NCBI GenBank assembly: GCA_019245575.1
Contig: JAFARE010000029.1
Span: 4,158 to 68,157, forward strand
Source: Candidatus Dormiibacterota bacterium
GTDB taxonomy: Bacteria; Chloroflexota; Dormibacteria; Aeolococcales; Aeolococcaceae
DNA length: 64,000 nt
Reading direction: 5' to 3'
Notes under the pieces: model-generated
Database searches by the model: none
What the model saw: only the letters and a program-made list of their open reading frames with translations
Told to the model about the DNA's origin: nothing
Shown here: one piece after another, positions 55,509-64,000 of the stretch
Numbering within the stretch: position 1 is the first letter of the stretch
Layout of the letters: each line of letters begins with the position of its first letter
Program-made: the position numbers and the translations under genes

Positions 55509-57190
55509 CGGCCGGCGGCGCGCATCGTCGCGGCGATGTTCCGCGCCAATGTGCTGCGGCGCAGCTGGTCGAGCGTCAGCGGCAGCGGTAGCGACCAGTT
55601 GTCGCGCTCCGTCGCGCCCGGCAGATTGGGTCGTCGCGGCGCCGCCGCCGCGTCCTCCAGGGTCACCGACAGGAGGCGCGACGGCGCTGCGCCGAGCTCC
55701 GCGTAGGCGCGCTCCACCACCGACGACGTGGGCGCGCGGTCGGGCAGCGCCGTCAGCCTCCGCAGGCGGCGGCGCAGCCGCAGCTCCGCCTCGAGATTGA
55801 TGGGCCTGCCGCTGGCTGCCAGCTCGTCGATGTCCGCGCCGGTCCACACGCCGGTCACGGTGGGGAGGTCGTGTGTTGTCATCGCGGCCATCGCCTCCAC
55901 GGGGTATCGCTCCGGCCGTGCTCGCTCGAACCACATCACGCGATACGACAGCACGCCGCGGCGGCGGAGCTGTGCGCGAACACCGGTCTCGACCGTGCCC
56001 AGGTCCTCACCGACGACGTAGGCACTCGCTCGCGCGCTCTCCTCGGCGATGACGTCGAGCAGCTCGTGCCATGGATAGCGCACGTAGGCGCCACCGCGCG
56101 CATCCGACTCCGCCGGGATCCACCAGAGGCGGAACAGCCCCATCACATGGTCGATGCGCACGCCTGCGCCGAGACGAAGCAGCCGGTGCAACATTTCGCG
56201 CAGCGGGCGGTAGCCGGCGTCGCGGAGCCTGTGCGGGTCGAACGGCACGAGACCCCAATTCTGCCCGCCGGGGCTGAACTCGTCGGGCGGTGCGCCGATG
56301 CGCGCGCCGAATGCCATCACGTCGTGCCACATCCACGCGTCGGCGCCGTCGGGTGACGTGCCCACCGCGAGGTCGTGCACCAGCGGGATGGTCCGCGCCG
56401 CGCGCGCCAGCTGGGTGTCGGTCTGCCACTGCAGCCAGCGATGGAAGTCGACGCGCCGGCGCTCCCGCTCGGCGATGCGACGCACCGCGGCCGACCCCGG
56501 TGACTGCAGTGCGCGCGGCCACTGCCGCCAGGGTTTGCGCCGCTGCTCCGCGATCACGCAGTGCGTCGCGTACCGCAACAGCGCCTCGCCCTCCGACGCG
56601 CAGTACGCGTCGAAGCGGCGGTCGCCGCCAAACCGCGTCCACAGGTGCTCCAGCGCCTGCATCTTCAGGGCGAAGATGGCATCGCGCTGGATCACCGGCG
56701 ATGCGTTGAGGGCGCGGCCCTCGCGCTGCAGCCGGCGCACCAGCGGCGACTCGGTCGCGCCGGGGATCGCCTCCACTCGCAGGTACAGCGGGTTGCGGAA
56801 CAGCCGGCTCGACGGAAAGTACGGGCTCGCCTCCTGCGGCAGCCACGGCTGGGGCGCGTGCAGCGGATTCAGCATCAGCATCGACGCTCCCAGCCCCGAG
56901 GCCCAGCGCCCCAGCGCCGCGAGGTCGTCGAGGTCGCCCATCCCCCAGCTGCGCCGCGACCGAAGCGCATACAGCTGCGCCGCCCATCCCCAGCCCCGCT
57001 CCGGCGCCGGATGGCAGCGCGCAACCGGCCCGCGGCGGGCTCCCGATGGCTCGCCTGGGGGCGCGGCGCCGTCCGCGCCCAGCGCGTCCAGCACCGCGCG
57101 CACCGACCGCTGTGGCACCGTACGCCGGGTGCCCGTCGCGTCAACGTATTCCGTCTGCACGCCCCAGCGGGCTGCATCCGATCGCCGCAT
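55505..57190 (-). CDS. malQ: 4-alpha-glucanotransferase (amylomaltase)
   Basis: About 561 aa from the internal ATG (MRRSDAARWGVQTEYVDATG). GH77 motifs WGMGDLDDLAALGRWASGLGASMLMLNPLHA and VRIDHVMGLFRLWWIP. Confidence 0.8.
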   Translation of the reverse strand: MRRSDAARWGVQTEYVDATGTRRTVPQRSVRAVLDALGADGAAPPGEPSGARRGPVARCHPAPERGWGWAAQLYALRSRRSWGMGDLDDLAALGRWASGLGASMLMLNPLHAPQPWLPQEASPYFPSSRLFRNPLYLRVEAIPGATESPLVRRLQREGRALNASPVIQRDAIFALKMQALEHLWTRFGGDRRFDAYCASEGEALLRYATHCVIAEQRRKPWRQWPRALQSPGSAAVRRIAERERRRVDFHRWLQWQTDTQLARAARTIPLVHDLAVGTSPDGADAWMWHDVMAFGARIGAPPDEFSPGGQNWGLVPFDPHRLRDAGYRPLREMLHRLLRLGAGVRIDHVMGLFRLWWIPAESDARGGAYVRYPWHELLDVIAEESARASAYVVGEDLGTVETGVRAQLRRRGVLSYRVMWFERARPERYPVEAMAAMTTHDLPTVTGVWTGADIDELAASGRPINLEAELRLRRRLRRLTALPDRAPTSSVVERAYAELGAAPSRLLSVTLEDAAAAPRRPNLPGATERDNWSLPLPLTLDQLRRSTLARNIAATMRAAGR

Positions 57191-57222
57191 GGGGGTCACA
57201 TCATCGAACCGGAGTGTGCTGA

Positions 57223-59382
57223 ATGACCTCGGTCGCGCCTGAGCCGCCGGCCATCCCCGACGCGGCCTCGCACCAGGTTGCATGGCCGGGCTCGGACGCG
57301 CCGCTCGGAGCCACGTGGGACGGCGAGGGCACGAACTTCGCGGTCTTCGCCGAGATGGCAGAGGCCGTGGAGCTGGTGCTCTACGACGAGCGCGGCGAGG
57401 AGACCGAAACATACGACCTGGTGGAGCGCACCGACCTGGTGTGGCACGGATACGTCGAAACGGTGGGGCCGGGCCGGCTCTACGGATACCGCGTGCGCGG
57501 CCCGTACGCGCCGGAGCACGGGCTTCGCTACAACCACAACAAGCTGCTGCTCGACCCGTATGCCCTGGCCATATCGGGCGAGTTTCACATGGGCTCCGCG
57601 CTGCTGGGATACAGGCCGGGCACCGACGACGGCCCGATGAGCGACGTCGACTCCGCCCCGGCGATGCCGCGCAGCGTCGTGGTCGACCGGGCATTCCCGT
57701 GGGGCGAGGATCGCCGCCCCAACACATCGTGGACCGACACGATCATCTACGAGCTGCACGTCAAGGGCTTCACCAAACGCAATCCCGAGGTCCCCAAGGG
57801 CCTGCGCGGCACGTACGCGGGCCTCGCCCATCCCGCTGCCATCGAGCACCTGGTCAACCTCGGTGTGACCGCGGTCGAGCTCATGCCGGTGCACCACTTC
57901 ATCGACGGTGCGCACCTGGTCGATCAAGGACTCGTCAACTACTGGGGATACGACTCCGTCGGCTACTTCGCGCCGGAGGGTCGCTACTCCTCCGCGGGCA
58001 CCGGCGGGCAGCAGGTGCGCGAGTTCAAAGCCATGGTACGTGCTCTGCACGCCGCCGGGCTCGAGGTCATCCTCGACGTCGTCTACAACCACACCGGCGA
58101 GGGCAATCACCTCGGCCCCACGGTGAGCTTTCGCGGCCTGGACAACCACGCGTACTACCGGCTCATGGACCAGAACCCGCGCTTCTACTTCGACGTCACC
58201 GGCACCGGCAACAGCCTCAATGTGCGCAACCCGCACACGCTGCAGATGATCACCGACAGCCTGCGCTACTGGGTCACCGAGATGCACGTGGACGGCTTCC
58301 GGTTCGACCTCGCCGCCGCGCTGGCGCGCCAGTTCTACGAGGTGGACCGGCTGTCAGCCTTCTTCGACATCATCCACCAGGACCCGGTGCTGTCCCGCGT
58401 CAAGCTCGTCGCCGAGCCCTGGGACGTGGGCGACGGCGGCTACCAGGTGGGCAACTTCCCGGTGCGCTGGGCCGAGTGGAACGGCGGCTTCCGTGACTCG
58501 GTGCGCGACTACTGGCGCGCCCAGAGCCCCGGCGTGCGCGACCTCGCGTACCGGCTCACCGGCTCCAGCGACCTGTACCAGGGCGAGGGGCGGCAGCCGT
58601 GGGCGAGCATCAACTTCGTCACCGCGCATGACGGGTTCACGCTGCGCGACCTGGTCTCGTACAACGCCAAGCACAACGAGGCCAACGGCGAGGGCAACCG
58701 CGACGGCACCGAGGACAACCGCTCGTGGAACTGCGGCGCCGAAGGGGACAGCGATGACGCCGCCGTCAACGAGCTGCGCGGGCGGCAGCGGCGCAACCTC
58801 ATCGCCACGGTGCTGCTGTCACAGGGTTGCCCCATGCTGCTCGGCGGCGACGAGATCGGCCGCACCCAGAGCGGCAACAACAACGGCTATTGCCAGGACA
58901 ACGACATCTCGTGGTTCGACTGGGAGCAGGTCGATCAGGACATGCTGACCTTCGTGCAGCGCGTCATCGACCTGCGTCGCGCCCAGCCTGTGCTGCGGCG
59001 CAGGCGCTTCTTCTCCGGCCAGGAGATCTACGGCTCAGGCCGCAAGGACATCCTCTGGTTCCTGCCCAACGGCCGTGAGTTCACCGACCCGCAGTGGTTC
59101 AACGAGGCGCAGCGCTCGCTGGGGATGATCCTCAACGGCGAGGAGATCCCGGACCGAGACTCGCGCGGCCAGCGCATCACCGGCGACAGCATCATGGTGC
59201 TGCTCCACACGGGAGACGTCGACATCAAGTGGGCGGTGCCGGCCGGATGGGGCGAGCCGTGGGAGCGCGTGGTCGACACCGCGAACCCCGGCGTGCCCGA
59301 GGGCACGGTCTCATATCGCCCCAGCGATCGCGTGCCTGTGAAGGCCCATTCACTCGTGGTGCTGCGCCGCGCCCACAGCTGA
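57223..59382 (+). CDS. glgX: Glycogen debranching enzyme (GlgX/TreX type)
   Basis: 719 aa. N-terminal [20 protein letters not shown]13 regions [27 protein letters not shown]. Divergent from malQ with a 32-nt gap. Confidence 0.9.
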   Translation: MTSVAPEPPAIPDAASHQVAWPGSDAPLGATWDGEGTNFAVFAEMAEAVELVLYDERGEETETYDLVERTDLVWHGYVETVGPGRLYGYRVRGPYAPEHGLRYNHNKLLLDPYALAISGEFHMGSALLGYRPGTDDGPMSDVDSAPAMPRSVVVDRAFPWGEDRRPNTSWTDTIIYELHVKGFTKRNPEVPKGLRGTYAGLAHPAAIEHLVNLGVTAVELMPVHHFIDGAHLVDQGLVNYWGYDSVGYFAPEGRYSSAGTGGQQVREFKAMVRALHAAGLEVILDVVYNHTGEGNHLGPTVSFRGLDNHAYYRLMDQNPRFYFDVTGTGNSLNVRNPHTLQMITDSLRYWVTEMHVDGFRFDLAAALARQFYEVDRLSAFFDIIHQDPVLSRVKLVAEPWDVGDGGYQVGNFPVRWAEWNGGFRDSVRDYWRAQSPGVRDLAYRLTGSSDLYQGEGRQPWASINFVTAHDGFTLRDLVSYNAKHNEANGEGNRDGTEDNRSWNCGAEGDSDDAAVNELRGRQRRNLIATVLLSQGCPMLLGGDEIGRTQSGNNNGYCQDNDISWFDWEQVDQDMLTFVQRVIDLRRAQPVLRRRRFFSGQEIYGSGRKDILWFLPNGREFTDPQWFNEAQRSLGMILNGEEIPDRDSRGQRITGDSIMVLLHTGDVDIKWAVPAGWGEPWERVVDTANPGVPEGTVSYRPSDRVPVKAHSLVVLRRAHS

Positions 59383-59383
59383 C

Positions 59384-60559
59384 ATGTTCGTGCTGCTCAC
59401 CGTCCTGGTGCTCGCAGGCCTTGCCGGACCGCTGCTGTCGTTCGGCGCGCGCGGACTCGTGCCCGCCGTCATCGGCGAGCTCATCGCGGGGTTCGTGCTG
59501 GGACGCACGGGCTTCGGGGTGATCGACCCTTCGCTGCAGCCGCTGCCCGCGTTCTCCGCGCTCGGCTTCGCCATGCTGATGCTCAGCGCGGGCACGCACG
59601 TGGACATCGGCTCGCCCGCGATCCGCCAGGGTCTTATACGTGGACTCCTCGCCTTCGTGATCGTGGCGCTCTGCGCGGTGCCGCTCGGCTTCGGCATCGA
59701 CCGCGCCCTGGGGATCAACCACCCCGCGCTGCTGGCGGTGCTCATCGCCGGCAGCTCGGCGGCGGTCGCCTTTCCCATCCTCGCCGAGCGGGGTCTCACC
59801 GGGCCGCACCTGGCGCTGCTGGTGGCATGGATCGCGCTCGCCGATTCGGCCACCGTGGTCGTCATGCCACTGACGCTCACCCAGCCGCACGACATCGCCA
59901 TCGCCATTGCCGGCGACGTCGCGATCGTCGCAGGCGGCGCGCTCGTCCTCGCCGCTGCGCTGCGCGCCCGACGTGAGCGGGTGGTCGGCGACCTGCGGGC
60001 GCAATCACTGACGCGCGGCTGGGCGTGGCAGCTGCGCATCTCGCTCCTGCTGCTCCTGGGGCTTTCGGCGACAGCCGAACGCACCGGTGCGAGCACGCTG
60101 GTTGCGGGGTTTCTCGCGGGCATGATCATCGTTCGCCTGCGCGAGCCGGACCGTCTCGCGCTGCAGATCACGGGCGTGGCCAACGGCTTTTTCGTGCCGC
60201 TGTTCTTCGTGCTGCTCGGCGCCCAGATCAACCTGCGCGCGCTCGTGGAGTCGCCGTCTCGCATCGTGCTGGCGGTCGCGCTTGCCTGTGCCGCCGTCAT
60301 CGCGCATGTCGTCGCGGCGCGCTTCAGCGCGCGCGAGCGCCGCGTCGCCACCGGGCTCACCGCGTCAGCGCAGCTGGGGATGCCCGCCGCAGCCGCCAGC
60401 CTCGGACTGGCCACGCATGCGCTCAGCGCGGCCGATGCCGCCGCGCTGGTGGCGGCGGGATGCCTCACGCTGATCCCGGCGACGGTCGGCAGCCTGCTGC
60501 TCACGCGAGACCTCGCGCGGGCGAACCCACCGAAGGCCGCGGGTCAGACCGCGGGCTGA
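59384..60559 (+). CDS. Cation:proton antiporter (CPA1/CPA2, Na+/H+ exchanger family)
   Basis: 391 aa. 10-12 TM segments with GxxLGxxGxG-like start ([18 protein letters not shown]). Starts 1 nt after the glgX stop. Confidence 0.75.
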   Translation: MFVLLTVLVLAGLAGPLLSFGARGLVPAVIGELIAGFVLGRTGFGVIDPSLQPLPAFSALGFAMLMLSAGTHVDIGSPAIRQGLIRGLLAFVIVALCAVPLGFGIDRALGINHPALLAVLIAGSSAAVAFPILAERGLTGPHLALLVAWIALADSATVVVMPLTLTQPHDIAIAIAGDVAIVAGGALVLAAALRARRERVVGDLRAQSLTRGWAWQLRISLLLLLGLSATAERTGASTLVAGFLAGMIIVRLREPDRLALQITGVANGFFVPLFFVLLGAQINLRALVESPSRIVLAVALACAAVIAHVVAARFSARERRVATGLTASAQLGMPAAAASLGLATHALSAADAAALVAAGCLTLIPATVGSLLLTRDLARANPPKAAGQTAG

Positions 60560-61983
60560 GGCGTGCCTGTCAGGGTTGTCGCCGGGTGCACCGGAAGCAG
60601 CATGGGTGGGCGCGGCGCCTGCGAGAAGTCGAAGTCCACGCTGAGATCACCGAGGATGGGGAGCGCCTCGCGCACGTCAGGACGCGGATCGGGCCGTCCG
60701 TCAGAGCGGGGATCGATGCGAGCGCCGTTGAGGAACACGTCCTCGATGAACTTGTCGTAAGCGTCGAAGCTCAGCGTCTGATGATCAATGAAACCCTGCC
60801 GCGCGTACGGGCTGATGACGATGCCGGGCACGCGAAGCCCGTACCCGTTGACGTCCACGGAGGGCGGTGCCACGTGGTCGTAGAAGCCACCCCAGTCGTC
60901 CCAGGTCAGGAAGATCGCGGTGGAGCTCCAGTCAGGCCCTGACATCACGGCGTCGACAAGACTTGTGACGTACGACTCGCCAAAGCTCACCGGCGACGGT
61001 GGATGCTCGCTCAGCTCACCCGACGGCACCACCCAGCTGACCGCAGGCAGCGTGCCGGCGCGCGCGGCGCTGTAGAAGCTGTCCGCGGGCTGGATGTTGC
61101 CCAGCTGCCCGTCAGCCTTCACCGTGTCGAAGTACGGAAGCGGGTTCCAGATGCCAGGCGTCGTGCTGCGCTGCTTGACGGGTGCGCACGTCAGCGCGTC
61201 GTCGTTCTCGCAGTCAGGCTCCGAGCCGGTCACCACGTAGTAGCCCCAGCTCACCTGGTGGCGGTGCAGCATCCAGGTGAGGTCCGTCCACGCGTAGATC
61301 GGCGCGGCGTGTGCCGTTCCGAAGTCGGGCGGACTCCCCGGACTCTGCAGCGCGTTGGAGCAACTGCTCGGGTTGTTGTGCTGCGTGCACGCCGCCGACC
61401 ACTCCGACACGAGGAACAGGTGCGCGGGCAGGCTCCAGGACGCGTTGGGCTCGAACATGTGATCCTGGAGCACGAAGTCGTGGGCGTAGCTCCAGTAGTT
61501 GGGAATGTCGGTCTGCACGTGATACCCCATCACGTCAGGCTGCGCACTGCCCGAGCACGTCGGGTCCGTCACGTTGGCGCAGCCCTTGTCGGCATTCAAG
61601 TCCTGTGCGATGAAGCCATCCATCTTCCCGCCGTCGATGTCGCCGGCGGCGGCATTCTGTCCGTGCGGCCCGCCCCCGTTGACGTCGCTGTGGTCGACGT
61701 AGGGCTTGACGCACGCGCCCGTGGCCGTGTCGGGTACGCACACCGAAGGCGAGCCGTTCTGCATGGGGATGCCGTCGGCGCCGGGGTACGTGCCGAAGTA
61801 CGTGTCGAAGGAGCGGTTCTCCTGCATGATCACGATCACGTGCCGGATCTTGCCGATGCCGGCGGGAAGGGACGCAGACGCGCTGGGAGAAGGCGTGCTC
61901 GGAGCGGCGCACGCAGCGAGGACACCGCCGAGCACCACCACCGCTGCCACCGCTCGTCCCCTCCTCGGCATCTGCATGCGCAC
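60544..61983 (-). CDS. Phosphoesterase family lipoprotein (phospholipase C / acid phosphatase AcpA type)
   Basis: 479 aa. Lipobox LAACAAP. Signature [17 protein letters not shown] of the PlcC/AcpA phosphoesterase family. Confidence 0.8.
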   Translation of the reverse strand: MRMQMPRRGRAVAAVVVLGGVLAACAAPSTPSPSASASLPAGIGKIRHVIVIMQENRSFDTYFGTYPGADGIPMQNGSPSVCVPDTATGACVKPYVDHSDVNGGGPHGQNAAAGDIDGGKMDGFIAQDLNADKGCANVTDPTCSGSAQPDVMGYHVQTDIPNYWSYAHDFVLQDHMFEPNASWSLPAHLFLVSEWSAACTQHNNPSSCSNALQSPGSPPDFGTAHAAPIYAWTDLTWMLHRHQVSWGYYVVTGSEPDCENDDALTCAPVKQRSTTPGIWNPLPYFDTVKADGQLGNIQPADSFYSAARAGTLPAVSWVVPSGELSEHPPSPVSFGESYVTSLVDAVMSGPDWSSTAIFLTWDDWGGFYDHVAPPSVDVNGYGLRVPGIVISPYARQGFIDHQTLSFDAYDKFIEDVFLNGARIDPRSDGRPDPRPDVREALPILGDLSVDFDFSQAPRPPMLLPVHPATTLTGTPQPAV

Positions 61984-62037
61984 GACGCTAGCGCAGCGAG
62001 CAGCGCGGCGCCTGAGAGGGCGCTGTGACCATCGCCG

Positions 62038-62694
62038 TCAGGATGCGCGCACCACCCGGATGTTGAAGCGGGCGTTGCCGAGACGTCGCATGAGCCGGAT
62101 CCAGAGCGTGAGGTACATCTCCAGCGCCCGCGCGTTCGTGATGTCACCGAGGTCGATCACGTCGTCCGCGGCCCAGCCGAGACCCGCCAGAAACGCCACG
62201 ACCTCCGCTTTCGCGGCAGCATCGTCACCGGCGATGAACAGGTTGTGGCCGCCGTCGATCATGCCGGGATTGACCATTACCTCCGCGTTCACGGTGTTCA
62301 GCGCCTTGACCACGCGGGCGCGGGGAAAACGACGCTGGATCTGCTCGGCCACGCTGTCCGTGTTGGCCACCGTGAGCAGGGGCGGGAAGCCTGAGCTGTG
62401 GTCGATCGCATTGCTGGTGTCGATGAGCACCTTGCCCTCGAGGTTCTCCTCCCCTGCCGACTCGAGGGCGGCGAGCGCGCCCTCGCCGGCGGTCGCGTTG
62501 ATCACAACGTCGCCGGCCGCCGCTGCGTCGCGAAACGTCCCGTGATGGGCGGGCTCTCCACCGTCGGAGGCCCATGCGGTGGCGGCCTCGTTGCCCGCGC
62601 TGCGCGAACCCATCGTCACCTCGTGCCCCAGCTCTAGCAGCTTGGACGCCAGCGTCCTGCCCACGATGCCCGTTCCCAGCACTGCATATCGCAC
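62038..62694 (-). CDS. F420-dependent NADP(H) oxidoreductase (NpdG-like)
   Basis: 218 aa. MRYAVLGTGIVGRTLASKL Rossmann start, LGWAADDVIDLGDI C-terminal region. Confidence 0.8.
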   Translation of the reverse strand: MRYAVLGTGIVGRTLASKLLELGHEVTMGSRSAGNEAATAWASDGGEPAHHGTFRDAAAAGDVVINATAGEGALAALESAGEENLEGKVLIDTSNAIDHSSGFPPLLTVANTDSVAEQIQRRFPRARVVKALNTVNAEVMVNPGMIDGGHNLFIAGDDAAAKAEVVAFLAGLGWAADDVIDLGDITNARALEMYLTLWIRLMRRLGNARFNIRVVRAS

Positions 62695-62830
62695 TCCAGC
62701 GTCTCCTTCAGGCGACGGCCCGGTTGAACCCTGCTAGTGGAGTTTGAGCGGAACAGGATCGTGACCGGCTTGTGCGGTCGGTCGTGCGACCGGCGGGCCA
62801 CTGTTCGTTCGCGGACGACGGGAGGTTAGC

Positions 62831-64000
62831 GTGCGATACCGGCTCCGGTTCAGCCAGCGCGGTACAGCAGTGGAAAGGTCCGAATGGCAACGGCGGCCGG
62901 TGCTCAGCGTCGCGCTCCGAGTCGCCGTGTTCGCCGGTCCGGTGCTGGGCTCATTCGGTATCGCCCTGTTGCTGAGTCGCATGCTTCCTCGCGCCTCGGG
63001 CGGTCTGAGTGCGGCACTGCTGATCGCGGTGGTTGCGGGTGCCTCGCTGGTGACGCTTGTGGTCTTCGAGCGCGCGGCTCGCAAGCTCCTGCCACTTGCT
63101 GCGCTGCTGAACCTATCGCTGCTCTTTCCCGACAAGGCGCCTCAGCGCTTCGCCGTCGCGCGCGCCACGGGTAATCCCCGCGACCTGCAGGACAGGCTCG
63201 AGAAGGCCCGGGCCGGCGGACACAGCGATGATGCGGCGGGCCTGCAGGCGGTTGTCGAGCTCGTTTTGGCCTTGAGCGTGCACGACAAGGGCACACGGGG
63301 CCACTCTGAGCGCGTACGCGTGTTTGCCGACCTGCTCGCCGATGAGCTCAAGATCGACGAGGCGAGCAGGGCGCGGTTGCGATGGGCGGCCTTGCTTCAC
63401 GACGTCGGCAAATTGCACGTGCCGACGACCATCCTCAACAAGCCGGACCGGCCAGACGCAGCCGAATGGGAAGTGTTGCACCGCCACCCGGAGGAGGGCG
63501 CGCGACTGGTTGCGCCGCTCCTCCCATGGCTCGGCGACTGGGGACATGCGGTCGTCGAGCACCACGAGCGCTGGGACGGCACCGGCTATCCTCGCGGTCT
63601 CAGGGCCAGCCAGATCTCCCTCGCGGCGCGGATCGTCTCCGTTGCGGACACCTACGAGGTGATGACCGCGCCGAGGGCATACAAGCGGCCGATGAGCGTC
63701 GCCGCGTCGCGCCGGGAGCTCACACGAGCGGCCGGCACGCAACTGGACCCACACGTGGTGCGAGCCTTTTTGAACATCTCCGTGGGGCGTCTGTGGCGCA
63801 CTGTCGGGCTGGCGGCTTGGGTCGGCCAGATCCCCGCACTGGGCCGCTTCCTCGAAGGGTTGACGCGGGCGGGCGCGATGGCGGGATCCGGCGTCGCCAC
63901 GGTGGCCACTGCCGGGTTGGTCGTCGCCGGCAGCATCGCGACGCCGGCCCTCGCACCGAGCTTTAGCGGTCCAGCGGCGGTTGGCCCCTCCGCACCGTCA
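62831..64000 (+). CDS. HD-GYP domain phosphodiesterase with two N-terminal TM helices (3' end outside the window)
   Basis: Frame open to the window end from the GTG at 62831 (GGAGG five nt upstream). ...HSERVRVFADLLADEL...LLHDVGKLHVPTTIL...VVEHHERWDGTGYPRGL is the HD-GYP signature (HD...HHExxDGxGYP). Confidence 0.7.
   Translation, partial: MRYRLRFSQRGTAVERSEWQRRPVLSVALRVAVFAGPVLGSFGIALLLSRMLPRASGGLSAALLIAVVAGASLVTLVVFERAARKLLPLAALLNLSLLFPDKAPQRFAVARATGNPRDLQDRLEKARAGGHSDDAAGLQAVVELVLALSVHDKGTRGHSERVRVFADLLADELKIDEASRARLRWAALLHDVGKLHVPTTILNKPDRPDAAEWEVLHRHPEEGARLVAPLLPWLGDWGHAVVEHHERWDGTGYPRGLRASQISLAARIVSVADTYEVMTAPRAYKRPMSVAASRRELTRAAGTQLDPHVVRAFLNISVGRLWRTVGLAAWVGQIPALGRFLEGLTRAGAMAGSGVATVATAGLVVAGSIATPALAPSFSGPAAVGPSAPS

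Noticed and set aside
1-64000. CRISPR arrays, rRNA, IS elements/transposases, integrases
   Set aside because: I recognised no direct-repeat/spacer periodicity, no rRNA-like conserved stretches and no DDE/tyrosine-recombinase motifs in any frame.

Overview
High-GC (about 70%+) bacterial chromosomal segment with Actinomycetota-like gene content (LdtMt2-type L,D-transpeptidase lipoprotein, AcrA1-like fatty acyl-CoA reductase fusion, TreY/TreZ, F420-dependent NADP reductase, TetR-MFS pair). I support about 60 genes from recognisable protein motifs in the six-frame track. Many gene junctions are 4-nt ATGA/GTGA stop-start overlaps. The most unusual block is a translationally coupled array of at least 9 genes (1..10847, + strand): the 3' end of an ABC exporter, an epimerase fused to a GLGHLRR-type glycosyltransferase, five paralogous Mak/APH-fold phosphotransferase-like genes (three apparently without the catalytic Asp of the HGD loop), one GT4 glycosyltransferase and one ATP-grasp ligase. 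The rest of the window holds an MFS/TetR pair, two membrane TPR proteins, tandem IMPase paralogs with a fatty-acid hydroxylase, a FAR-SDR fusion divergent from a thiolase, a Wzx-like flippase, pntAA-pntAB-pntB, a hybrid sensor kinase, icd, a MutY-like glycosylase, a Usp-ABC1/UbiB fusion interrupted by one in-frame TAG, a glgX / malQ-treY-treZ cluster, a phospholipase C-type phosphoesterase and a partial HD-GYP gene. A roughly 100-nt intergenic element occurs twice (about 25.2 kb and 45.25 kb). I found no rRNA, tRNA or CRISPR array. I counted coordinates by hand against the ORF track; where my manual indexing and the track disagreed by 1 nt I followed the track. Internal start sites are inferred and may be off by a codon or more.
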